A stretch of 64,000 nt of DNA from Clostridia bacterium (GTDB lineage Bacteria; Bacillota; Clostridia; Lutisporales; Lutisporaceae): assembly GCA_029256325.1 (NCBI GenBank), contig JAQSYD010000024.1, positions 3,169-67,168 on the forward strand, in the 5' to 3' direction. Positions 39,056 to 47,119 of this stretch are shown in pieces. The translations under genes were made by a program, and so were the position numbers. Under the pieces are notes generated by a model. That model was not told the origin of the DNA, searched no databases, and saw only the letters and a program-made list of their open reading frames with translations. The first letter of the stretch is position 1. Each line of letters starts with the position of its first letter.

Positions 39056-40405
39056 CTACTTATACTTATGATACAATCCTACACCTAACGTGATTAGCGG
39101 AGAGATGTAACAAAGCACTGCATACGGCTGATATGCGATAGATTCTCCCACTATGACTGATATAATCAACGCATTGACATTCCAAGGCATTAAGGGCGCA
39201 ATGATGGTGCCTGTGTCCGAAATAGTTCTCGCCAGTATTCCCCTGTCCAGCTTCAGCTCATCATATTTGTGGCGCATAAGCCTTCCCGGCAATACAATTC
39301 CCATCGTCTGATCACAGGTTACCACAGTTAATGTACTGCTAATCAATCCGGTATTGATAATCAAGCTTCCCCTGTTGTTTGTTGCATGAATCACTCTGCT
39401 CATTGCCTTGTCTATAAGTCCTGTTCCTTCAAGCAAACTGCTTAGCGCTATAGCGCCCATTACAATCAGAACGACCTCTACCATGGAAACAACACCGCCG
39501 CTTACCAACAGTTCATTTAACTGTTGCGAAGGTGTAGTTGCTTGATACCCAAATAGGACAGCTTTTGATGTTTCAGCAAGGCTCAGATGCTGTAATGCCA
39601 GCGTTATAAGCGCACCTCCGGACAAACCGGCTAAAATAGAATATATGATCTTTACGCCTAAAGAAGACATAATTACAATAAGCAAAGGCATCAATAGGAG
39701 CCAAGGCGATATGAAAAATCCTGCTTTCAAGCTGTTTTGAAGCTCTGAGATCTTTGCCAGATCAATACCTGCATTGTATTTTACTCCTAAGAGATAATAT
39801 ATGAAAGAACTTATCAGCATTGTTGGCAGAAGTGTTACCAGCATAGATTTCAACATGGACTTGTAATCTATATTGACAGTAGAAATTGTAAGATTGATCA
39901 AGCCGGATATTGGCGACAGTTTATCTGCTACAAAAGCCCCTGATACTACTGCACCTAAAAGTACAGGTATTGGTATTCCCAACCCGCCTCCTATACCCAG
40001 AACTGCTATTCCTATTGTACTAACTGTTCCAACAGCAGTACCCATGAATATGGAGCATATGGATATCATGAGAAAGGCAGCCAATACAAAATTCATTTCC
40101 TTTAGGTACTCAAACCCATAGTAGATCATAGAAGGTACCACGCCGGAAGCTATCCATATAGAAACTGTAACACCAATAAGGAGTATCAATACATATAATA
40201 TTTTGCATTCACCCAAACCATTTTTCATCATTTTCAACAGCTCAGGCAGTTTAAAGCCCTTATGAGTAAATATGGTGCAGCATAGTAAAATACCTGCAAT
40301 AAAGCCATAAATCAAAGAAATGTTCAGCAGCACACAGACAGCAATCATCGTGATACAAGCGGCAAAAATAGCATAGGTATGCCATAGTTTTATTTCAACC
40401 TTCAT
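39056..40405 (-). CDS. NhaC-family Na+/H+ antiporter-like membrane protein
   Basis: About 450 aa and polytopic, resembling the NhaC family. I place the start at the ATG at 40405 (RBS GGGGGA, 7-nt spacer). Confidence 0.75.
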   Translation of the reverse strand: MKVEIKLWHTYAIFAACITMIAVCVLLNISLIYGFIAGILLCCTIFTHKGFKLPELLKMMKNGLGECKILYVLILLIGVTVSIWIASGVVPSMIYYGFEYLKEMNFVLAAFLMISICSIFMGTAVGTVSTIGIAVLGIGGGLGIPIPVLLGAVVSGAFVADKLSPISGLINLTISTVNIDYKSMLKSMLVTLLPTMLISSFIYYLLGVKYNAGIDLAKISELQNSLKAGFFISPWLLLMPLLIVIMSSLGVKIIYSILAGLSGGALITLALQHLSLAETSKAVLFGYQATTPSQQLNELLVSGGVVSMVEVVLIVMGAIALSSLLEGTGLIDKAMSRVIHATNNRGSLIINTGLISSTLTVVTCDQTMGIVLPGRLMRHKYDELKLDRGILARTISDTGTIIAPLMPWNVNALIISVIVGESIAYQPYAVLCYISPLITLGVGLYHKYK

Positions 40406-40437
40406 TTTCGATTCCCCCAAAACAAAAAATAGTTCAA

Positions 40438-41640
40438 TTATTTAATATTTTCACCCTTGAAGCTTCCGTTGCCCTCAAGGTTTCCATAATTCAAATCATC
40501 TCTAACCATTACTACTATATCGGGCTTATATTCATCAATATATTCATACAGACTCATTTTATTGTAGTGTCTTAAATCTAAAATTCTTGTTTCATTAAAA
40601 TGTGTATACAGCAAGGGTTCCAGCGCATTGGTAAAGGAATCCCCAAACACCAGCAGATTGGGTAGGCTATTGTTATTTGTCCTAATAACTGTTTCAGCCC
40701 AATCACCACCCATGTAGACGCCATAGTTAATCATAGCTGCTTCGTTTTCTGCCAAATAGTATAGCTTATTGTCTGCCTTGCCGTTGTTAAATTTCTCGTA
40801 AGGTATTTTGTTCTTAGGATAAGCGATTTTAATTTGCTCATTGGCAGGGTGCATATAATATATCTGTCTGTTTCTCGAACCACCAAAAGGATTGTTCAAT
40901 GTAACGATATCCATATCCACCTTATCTAGAGGAGGGTGAATCTTATATGTTCCCTTCTGATATATATTTTGAATGATTTCGTAGTATGTAGCATAAGCTC
41001 CCTCAAAATTATAATGGTGGTCTGTCTTATAGTAATATTCTATATTGGGACGCTTATGAAACACATCATTCATATTTATATTTGCCACATCCAGTTGGTC
41101 CAGCTTATCAAAAATCTGCCTCTCTATATTATTTAACAGCTCACTTTTGTTCTGTAAATGCTTTGGATACTCCGTTCTATGATAGGAGGCTTGACTGGGT
41201 ACGCCTACAAAATAAAAACTGCCGCCTAGCTGCATTATCTTATCCTGCAGCTCTTTCAGCTGATCCACCATTTTACTTAGATTTTCCTCACTGTTTATGG
41301 CTTCATATTTATTATCATAGTCGAAAAAAGGAAGCAAGAATCCGTCTCTGCCAATAACAATATTATTTATATTTGCTTTCCCAAGCACCACCATATTGAT
41401 AAAGGTATAGCTTTTAATCCATGTATTTCTTCCATATATATGATCAGACATATAGGTTTCCCATTTGTTAAAATACTCGCCGCTTAACAAGCTGGTTTTA
41501 TTAAGCACAGGAATTTCTGCCAGCTTTCTGTTCTCAAACTGTGAAATAGCTTGGCTTTTTTGAAGCTTCGTAATCATAGGGATGGTAAAAATAACCCCTA
41601 AAAACATGACTATTAATATTATTTTTCCAAACCTTTTCAT
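40438..41640 (-). CDS. DHHW-family / AlgJ-AlgX-like SGNH protein (extracytoplasmic O-acyltransferase partner)
   Basis: N-terminal signal anchor, a TDHHY motif (YYKTDHHYNFEGA) and the position directly downstream of an MBOAT gene. Confidence 0.75.
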   Translation of the reverse strand: MKRFGKIILIVMFLGVIFTIPMITKLQKSQAISQFENRKLAEIPVLNKTSLLSGEYFNKWETYMSDHIYGRNTWIKSYTFINMVVLGKANINNIVIGRDGFLLPFFDYDNKYEAINSEENLSKMVDQLKELQDKIMQLGGSFYFVGVPSQASYHRTEYPKHLQNKSELLNNIERQIFDKLDQLDVANINMNDVFHKRPNIEYYYKTDHHYNFEGAYATYYEIIQNIYQKGTYKIHPPLDKVDMDIVTLNNPFGGSRNRQIYYMHPANEQIKIAYPKNKIPYEKFNNGKADNKLYYLAENEAAMINYGVYMGGDWAETVIRTNNNSLPNLLVFGDSFTNALEPLLYTHFNETRILDLRHYNKMSLYEYIDEYKPDIVVMVRDDLNYGNLEGNGSFKGENIK

Positions 41641-41653
41641 CTTTTGTATCTCC

Positions 41654-43063
41654 TTAGAATCTGAAATAAATGAAGGGGTTGAAGGTGGAATTTATCAAAT
41701 ACATGATGCAAAGTCCAAACAGGCCCATGAGCACGAAATACTTCATGCAGCTCAGTAATAGTCCGCTCTTGCTATTTTTTAGTTTTACCTGCAGCAATGG
41801 ATAAATAGGCATTGAAGCAGCAATGGCTGCAATAAACTCAAGCTTATATTCTACAATATAGTAAAGTGCCTGATTATTTATAATAGGCTGCCCTGCCAGA
41901 CCAAACATAGAAGCAATATAACCCAGCGCGTAGCTTAAGCTTTCTGACCTGAACAACACCCAGCCTAATACAATAAACAGAAGTGCATATAGGTGCTGCA
42001 ATGGCCGCCATAGCTTCTGCAAATATGTTCCTATTACAAACTTCTCCAGCATCAGCAGCAGACCGAAGTAAAAGCCCCAAGCAATAAAATTCCATGCCGC
42101 ACCATGCCAAAAGCCTGTCAACAGCCAAACCACAAGTATATTCCTAATCAATTTAGCTTGATTGACTCTGTTGCCTCCTAAGGGAATATATACATAGTCT
42201 CTGAACCAAGTACTGAGGGATATATGCCAGCGTCTCCAGAACTCTGTAATCGATTTGGATATGTAGGGATAATTGAAATTCTCCAGAAATTCAAAGCCAA
42301 ACATTCTTCCTAATCCGATGGCCATGTCTGAGTATCCTGAGAAATCAAAGTAAATCTGGGCTGTATAAGCTAATACGCCTATCCACGACAATAATACAGA
42401 ATGCTGCATCGCCCGAACCTCAAAAATATGATCTGCCACAAGCCCCATGCTGTTGGCAATCAATACCTTCTTGCTCAGCCCCAAAATAAACTTTTCTATA
42501 CCGCTTGCAAACTTCTCTATATTCACCTGGCGTTCATTGATTTGCGCGGCCACTGTCTTATATCTGACGATAGGTCCGGCAATGAGCTGAGGAAACAGTG
42601 ATATATATAAAGCCACATTCAAGGGATTTCTCTGAGCCTTTCCTTGTTCTCGATAGACATCTATTACATAGCTCATGCCTTGGAAGGTAAAAAAGGAAAT
42701 TCCGATAGGCATTATAATGTGCATCAAAGGAATTGATTGTCCAAACAAAGCATTAAAGTTCTCAATAAAAAAATCTGTATATTTGTAATAGCCTATAACT
42801 GCTAAATTTCCTATGCCTGTCAAAGTCAGTACAACATATGACTTTGACTTGCTGCTTCTGTATCTGTCAACCAAAAGCCCTAATGCATAATTTAATAATA
42901 TGGAAAAAAGCATGACGAATAAGCTCTTTGGCTCTCCATAACCATAAAAGAACAAACTGGATAGAAGCAAGACATTATTTTTAAGCTTTTTGGGAGAAAT
43001 ATAGTATAAAAATAATACAGATGGAAGAAATATAAATAAAAATACCAAACTGCTAAATAACAT
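41654..43063 (-). CDS. MBOAT-family membrane O-acyltransferase (AlgI/DltB-like)
   Basis: 469 aa with the conserved FWRRWHISLSTWFRDYVYIPLGGNR region, including the catalytic His. Confidence 0.9.
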   Translation of the reverse strand: MLFSSLVFLFIFLPSVLFLYYISPKKLKNNVLLLSSLFFYGYGEPKSLFVMLFSILLNYALGLLVDRYRSSKSKSYVVLTLTGIGNLAVIGYYKYTDFFIENFNALFGQSIPLMHIIMPIGISFFTFQGMSYVIDVYREQGKAQRNPLNVALYISLFPQLIAGPIVRYKTVAAQINERQVNIEKFASGIEKFILGLSKKVLIANSMGLVADHIFEVRAMQHSVLLSWIGVLAYTAQIYFDFSGYSDMAIGLGRMFGFEFLENFNYPYISKSITEFWRRWHISLSTWFRDYVYIPLGGNRVNQAKLIRNILVVWLLTGFWHGAAWNFIAWGFYFGLLLMLEKFVIGTYLQKLWRPLQHLYALLFIVLGWVLFRSESLSYALGYIASMFGLAGQPIINNQALYYIVEYKLEFIAAIAASMPIYPLLQVKLKNSKSGLLLSCMKYFVLMGLFGLCIMYLINSTFNPFIYFRF

Positions 43064-43153
43064 AGCTCCTCCTATTACAATCTAATACATAATAACTTTT
43101 TATCTTTGTACAAGCTTCCTACCTTTCGTTATGAAAGTAGTGAAGATCTTAAT

Positions 43154-43226
43154 ATCCTTCGGTTCGTCAGGATGAGAGCTGACGCCTCTGCACAAAGTGC
43201 GCGTCATTCTGAACATAGTGAAGGAT
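43154..43226. repeat. Nested imperfect palindromic intergenic element
   Basis: Arms atccttcggttcgtcaggatga and tcattctgaacatagtgaaggat pair over ~20 bp. The loop holds a mini-hairpin gcac-aaa-gtgc. Confidence 0.6.
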
Positions 43227-43494
43227 TTTTCAAAGAATCAGATCCTTTATATTATAAACCTTGCAGCATGGGCATAATCGTCCCCTGCAATTCAAATTTC
43301 ACTAACAAAATACATTGTTTTTACGAAACCTGTCAGTTCTTGTATACATTACTTATATTATCATAATTTACTGTCATAAGCATTATTTTATCCCTTCATT
43401 ATTTCATAAATCCAATGAATGAAAGCGATGGGATTTGAAAGACTAATATTGAAAAGCAGTGTAATAAAGATACATATTGGAAAGGAGTGTTTAG

Positions 43495-43917
43495 ATGAAT
43501 AATAATGATATAAAAGAGTTAAACACAGCATTAAAAGGTGAGCATATGGCTATTGAGACCTTCGATTACTATATTCAAGATGCTAAAGATGAAGACACAA
43601 AGAAAAAGCTGATGGATATGCAGCAGCAGCATCAATTTCATGCGATACAGCTATCTGAGAGAATTCAGCAGTTAGGTGGCAATCCTATAAATTCCTCAGG
43701 CATAACAGGTGTCATGGCAGAGATCAAAAACAAGGTTACACCAAAGAAGTATGTAGATAATAGTATGATCAAATCTATCGTGCAAGGAGAAGAATTGGGA
43801 ATTCAGGCATATGGTGAGATTATGGCAAACCTGACTGATGGCGCAAACCAGAAGCTGGCTGAAGAAATGCTGGTAGAAAGTGTAAGAATCGTTGAGAAGT
43901 TAAATCAAATGGTTTAA
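43495..43917 (+). CDS. Ferritin-like four-helix-bundle protein (DUF2383-like)
   Basis: 140 aa and helical, with LKGEHMAIETFDYYI and ELGIQAYGE patterns. A strong RBS is present. Confidence 0.65.
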   Translation: MNNNDIKELNTALKGEHMAIETFDYYIQDAKDEDTKKKLMDMQQQHQFHAIQLSERIQQLGGNPINSSGITGVMAEIKNKVTPKKYVDNSMIKSIVQGEELGIQAYGEIMANLTDGANQKLAEEMLVESVRIVEKLNQMV

Positions 43918-43932
43918 AAAGAAAAGGGTATA

Positions 43933-43975
43933 CTATGCTGAAGTTGTCTGCTTTACATTGACAACTTCAGCATAG
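43933..43975. terminator. Bidirectional terminator between convergent genes
   Basis: Perfect 16-bp stem ctatgctgaagttgtc / gacaacttcagcatag. A U-rich tract follows on the minus strand. Confidence 0.7.
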
Positions 43976-43982
43976 CATCCCT

Positions 43983-45278
43983 TTAATTCATCATTCTACA
44001 ATGTGTAGAATCCATAACCTCTACTATAACCTTGTCTGTGATTGTCATACCCCTGTCACTGACTATGCCCAGGTTGCGAATGCTTTCCTCCACCGTTGTT
44101 CCTACTATACCGTTAAGATTTGGAATCACAGAACCATACTTCACATACAGCGCACTCTGTATGGCAGCACCTGCAGCACTGGCCAGCTTGTAGGCACAGC
44201 CTGCCTTGGCTCCATCACAGATCATGCCGCTTAGATTTCCGATCATATTTAGTATGGCACCCTCAATCTGCTTATAGTTAAGGTTCATAAGCCACGCCAC
44301 ACCAGCGGCTGATCCGGTGGATGCAGCCACTCCGCAGCCACATACAGCAGACAATCTTCCTGTATAGTTTTTGATATATGCTGTTACCAAATGACTTATA
44401 GCAAGTGCCCTAGCCAGCCGCTCATCACTTTGAGGGAATTTCTCGTCATAGGCTGCAATAGGCAATATTGCTGTCAAACCATGGTTGCCGCTGCCGTTGG
44501 AGCTCATAACAGGCAGTTTTGCACCTGACATTCTTGCATCAGAGGCTGCTGCCGTCATAATAATGGCTCTATTGATTACATCATCACCTATTATCCCGTC
44601 CTCCACAGCTTTTTGCATAGAATAGCCAACTCCGGCGCCAGTTCTATTTTTTAGCCCTTCCAGACAAATACGCTTATTCATAATAAGCCCGTCCAACAAA
44701 AAGCTTATGTCTTTATAATCAAGCTTCTCCACTTCCTGTATCAATTCCTTAATTGTCAGCTCCGTCAAAAGAGAATGACTGACTGTAGCAATACCATAAT
44801 CCAAATCAACATGCAGAAAAACTTCGTCATTTCTAGAAATATGTACAAACTGATCATGTCTTCCGTTTATGATTACTTTGCATGTGTTGCAGCGGCCTCG
44901 CATACCTACTTCTATATATATCTTATCCGTAGTATCATATACATGAATATTAACATTGCCGCTTTCAACAAGTCTCAATGCTTCTTTCATGCTGTCCCTA
45001 TTTACACTTTCCAAGGCACTTAATCCAAGTTCAGAAGCGCCTCCCGCTATACCCATGCAGGCTGCAGCTAAGAGCCCCACCTGATTTGTACCAGGTATAC
45101 CTACACCCATACCGTTCTTATAGATATTGGGGCTTACAAAAATCTCACAAGCCTCCACCGTCTCGTCCAGAAGTTCTCTCGCCCGAGTGGCAGCCAGCGC
45201 CACCGCCCCGGGCTCAGTACAACCAAGGGCTGGTTTTACTTCAGCTTGCAGTATGTCGATTAGTGCTCTTGAATTCAT
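43983..45278 (-). CDS. UPF0597 / YhaM(CyuA)-family protein (L-cysteine desulfidase-like, serine dehydratase alpha fold)
   Basis: 431 aa with the N-terminal signature VKPALGCTEPGAVALAA and Cys-rich regions (SAVCGCGVA, MICDGAKAGCA). Confidence 0.85.
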   Translation of the reverse strand: MNSRALIDILQAEVKPALGCTEPGAVALAATRARELLDETVEACEIFVSPNIYKNGMGVGIPGTNQVGLLAAACMGIAGGASELGLSALESVNRDSMKEALRLVESGNVNIHVYDTTDKIYIEVGMRGRCNTCKVIINGRHDQFVHISRNDEVFLHVDLDYGIATVSHSLLTELTIKELIQEVEKLDYKDISFLLDGLIMNKRICLEGLKNRTGAGVGYSMQKAVEDGIIGDDVINRAIIMTAAASDARMSGAKLPVMSSNGSGNHGLTAILPIAAYDEKFPQSDERLARALAISHLVTAYIKNYTGRLSAVCGCGVAASTGSAAGVAWLMNLNYKQIEGAILNMIGNLSGMICDGAKAGCAYKLASAAGAAIQSALYVKYGSVIPNLNGIVGTTVEESIRNLGIVSDRGMTITDKVIVEVMDSTHCRMMN

Positions 45279-45339
45279 TTTTATTCCTCCTCTTTATCTT
45301 ATATATATAATGTAACTTATTTTTATATAGGAATATATT

Positions 45340-45500
45340 CTTTGCTTACTAAGGAACGAATTTGCTTCCGAACGCTTCAACAGCATCAGAAGCCTTGCTT
45401 TGAGGGATGCAGCTTCGGAGTACGACAAAGCAATCTTCTTCAGAGGTATTCCCCTTGGGTCTCTGAAGCTTAGCTCCAGCAAGTTATTCCTTAGGCAAAG
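45340..45500 (-). ncRNA. Conserved ~160-nt multi-stem element, copy 1 (candidate structured leader RNA or structured repeat)
   Basis: About four-fifths identical to 61609..61765. The closing stem CUUUGC/GCAAAG becomes CUUUAC/GUAAAG in copy 2, and the internal hairpins are kept despite sequence change. It lies 60 nt upstream of the CyuA-like start. The strand is inferred only from gene orientation. Confidence 0.45.
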
Positions 45501-45548
45501 TGTTTGGATTTTATTATAATATGACTTCCATAAATACCATTCGCATCA

Positions 45549-46769
45549 TTACTTTATTGTCTTACTAATGAGCTTATCTAAGAATATTGACTTCATTTGC
45601 TTGCTCGCCATAGCTTGTTTCACCGGGGGCAGCTTTAATATTGCTCCCAATATGGCCGCCATTGCCCGATGACTGCCCAAAGCTTTATTGTCAAAAATTA
45701 ATTCCTGCAGTTGTCCTTTTTCAATTGCCATCTGAACAACTCTATGTACAGAATTCACCGGAGTAATGATTTTTTCCAAGCAAATCTCTTCATTTATCAT
45801 AATTTCCTTGTGCTTATTTCCCCACTGGTCCTGATTTTCTATTGTCTCAATAGCTCCTATGGGGCATGCCTTAACACACAAACCGCATTTAGTGCAGCTA
45901 TCTGCATTTATTTTAGGTAAAAAAGCCGTAGTCTGCACCGGATGCAGCATTCCGAACTTACGCGCTGCAATCAAACCTTCACAGCAGCAGCCGCAGCAAT
46001 TACATATGAAGGTAACATCCTGTCTTACATTTTCACCGCATTGTACTAAATTATTTTCATAAGCCAAATGCAAAAGTTCAATACCTTCAGAGGCATCCAC
46101 CTTTCTAGCATAATGATGCTTCACAAGAGAAGCCGCTGTGTTGCCAAAGGTCATACAAATATCCATAGGCGCCTCACAGGCTTTATTCATATGCTCCATC
46201 TTATGTCTGCAGTAGCAGGTGCTTATTCCGATATGCTCCGCTGTCTTGATAATATGACTGGCTCTTTCAAAATCCAGTATCTGAACTTCGTCAGTATTTG
46301 TAAGTACAGCCTCTTGGACGAATACCCTACCCATGCGTGTTTCGGCTGCTAGGAAAAGCTCTTTTATAAAGTCTTCTTCAACATTCATATATTGGTAAAA
46401 AAGCTCTGCTAGAAGCTTCTGATCTATATCATTTCTGGTTCTCATCATGGAAAATTCGAAAAAACCTGCCATAGGAGGGGGAAGCAAATACTGTTGTACG
46501 CCTTTGTTGTCCACATCTAGTAGTATTGCTCTGCTTGCCAGCTGATCCAAAACTTTATGTGCCTCCGATTCGCTGACATTCCATATGCTGCTGGCAGTCT
46601 TGACCGTAAAAGGTTTGATAGGCAATTGTGCAACCAATGCCGCTTCCTTTTCACTGAATAATATGCTCAATATTTTATAAAGGCTTTCTGAGGCCGGAGC
46701 ACCTTGAGGAAATCTGTTAATTCGCTCTTCCAGACTCTTATATGCTGATTTTGCTGCAATATGAGACAT
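45549..46769 (-). CDS. 4Fe-4S cluster-binding protein, unknown function
   Basis: 406 aa with Cys clusters (CYCRHKMEHMNKAC, CNCCGCCCE, CTKCGLCVKACP). Confidence 0.7.
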   Translation of the reverse strand: MSHIAAKSAYKSLEERINRFPQGAPASESLYKILSILFSEKEAALVAQLPIKPFTVKTASSIWNVSESEAHKVLDQLASRAILLDVDNKGVQQYLLPPPMAGFFEFSMMRTRNDIDQKLLAELFYQYMNVEEDFIKELFLAAETRMGRVFVQEAVLTNTDEVQILDFERASHIIKTAEHIGISTCYCRHKMEHMNKACEAPMDICMTFGNTAASLVKHHYARKVDASEGIELLHLAYENNLVQCGENVRQDVTFICNCCGCCCEGLIAARKFGMLHPVQTTAFLPKINADSCTKCGLCVKACPIGAIETIENQDQWGNKHKEIMINEEICLEKIITPVNSVHRVVQMAIEKGQLQELIFDNKALGSHRAMAAILGAILKLPPVKQAMASKQMKSIFLDKLISKTIK

Positions 46770-46970
46770 TTATCCACCTCCTGTACTTTTCCTTGAATAT
46801 AACATAATAGAAGTATCTTGTAAATTAAGAATCTTCGGATTTAAACATCTCTTGTTTACATAACTTTATTGTTCGATATGAGTAAAAATCCAGAATTCCC
46901 AATATTTACACGGCACTTTTTTCGATTTATGTAAAGGGTTTTGTGGCATATTGTCGAATATTATTTGAGC

Positions 46971-47095
46971 TTAGTCATTTTCTAGCAAGCTTGAATAATT
47001 TGCATCTTAATTAGTCAATTTTATCACAAAGTGTACCCAACTCGGGGTAGATTTGGAAATTTGTACGCTGATTAATCAAATTTTTAACAAGCTTA
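46971..47095 (+). promoter_or_regulatory. Three direct repeats (consensus TTAGTCA-A/T-rich-ATAnCAAGCTT) upstream of repeat-protein gene 1
   Basis: Copies start at 46971, 47011 and 47072. The same triplet sits upstream of gene 2. Confidence 0.5.
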
Positions 47096-47119
47096 GCAAA
47101 ATTTTAGGGGGAAACCAAC

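Noticed and set aside
43106-43366. 86-aa plus-strand ORF in the MBOAT upstream spacer
   Set aside because: It is produced by translating through the palindromic element. It has no RBS, and the sequence pattern is typical of repeat-derived pseudo-ORFs.
45294-45482. 62-aa ORF covering the structured element copy 1
   Set aside because: The paralogous copy at 61609-61765 does not keep an open frame. Conservation follows base pairing rather than codons.
46943-46960. TGGCATATTGTCGAA as a sigma-54 promoter for repeat-protein gene 1
   Set aside because: It has no TTGC at the -12 position, and the paralogous upstream region of gene 2 lacks the TGGCA.
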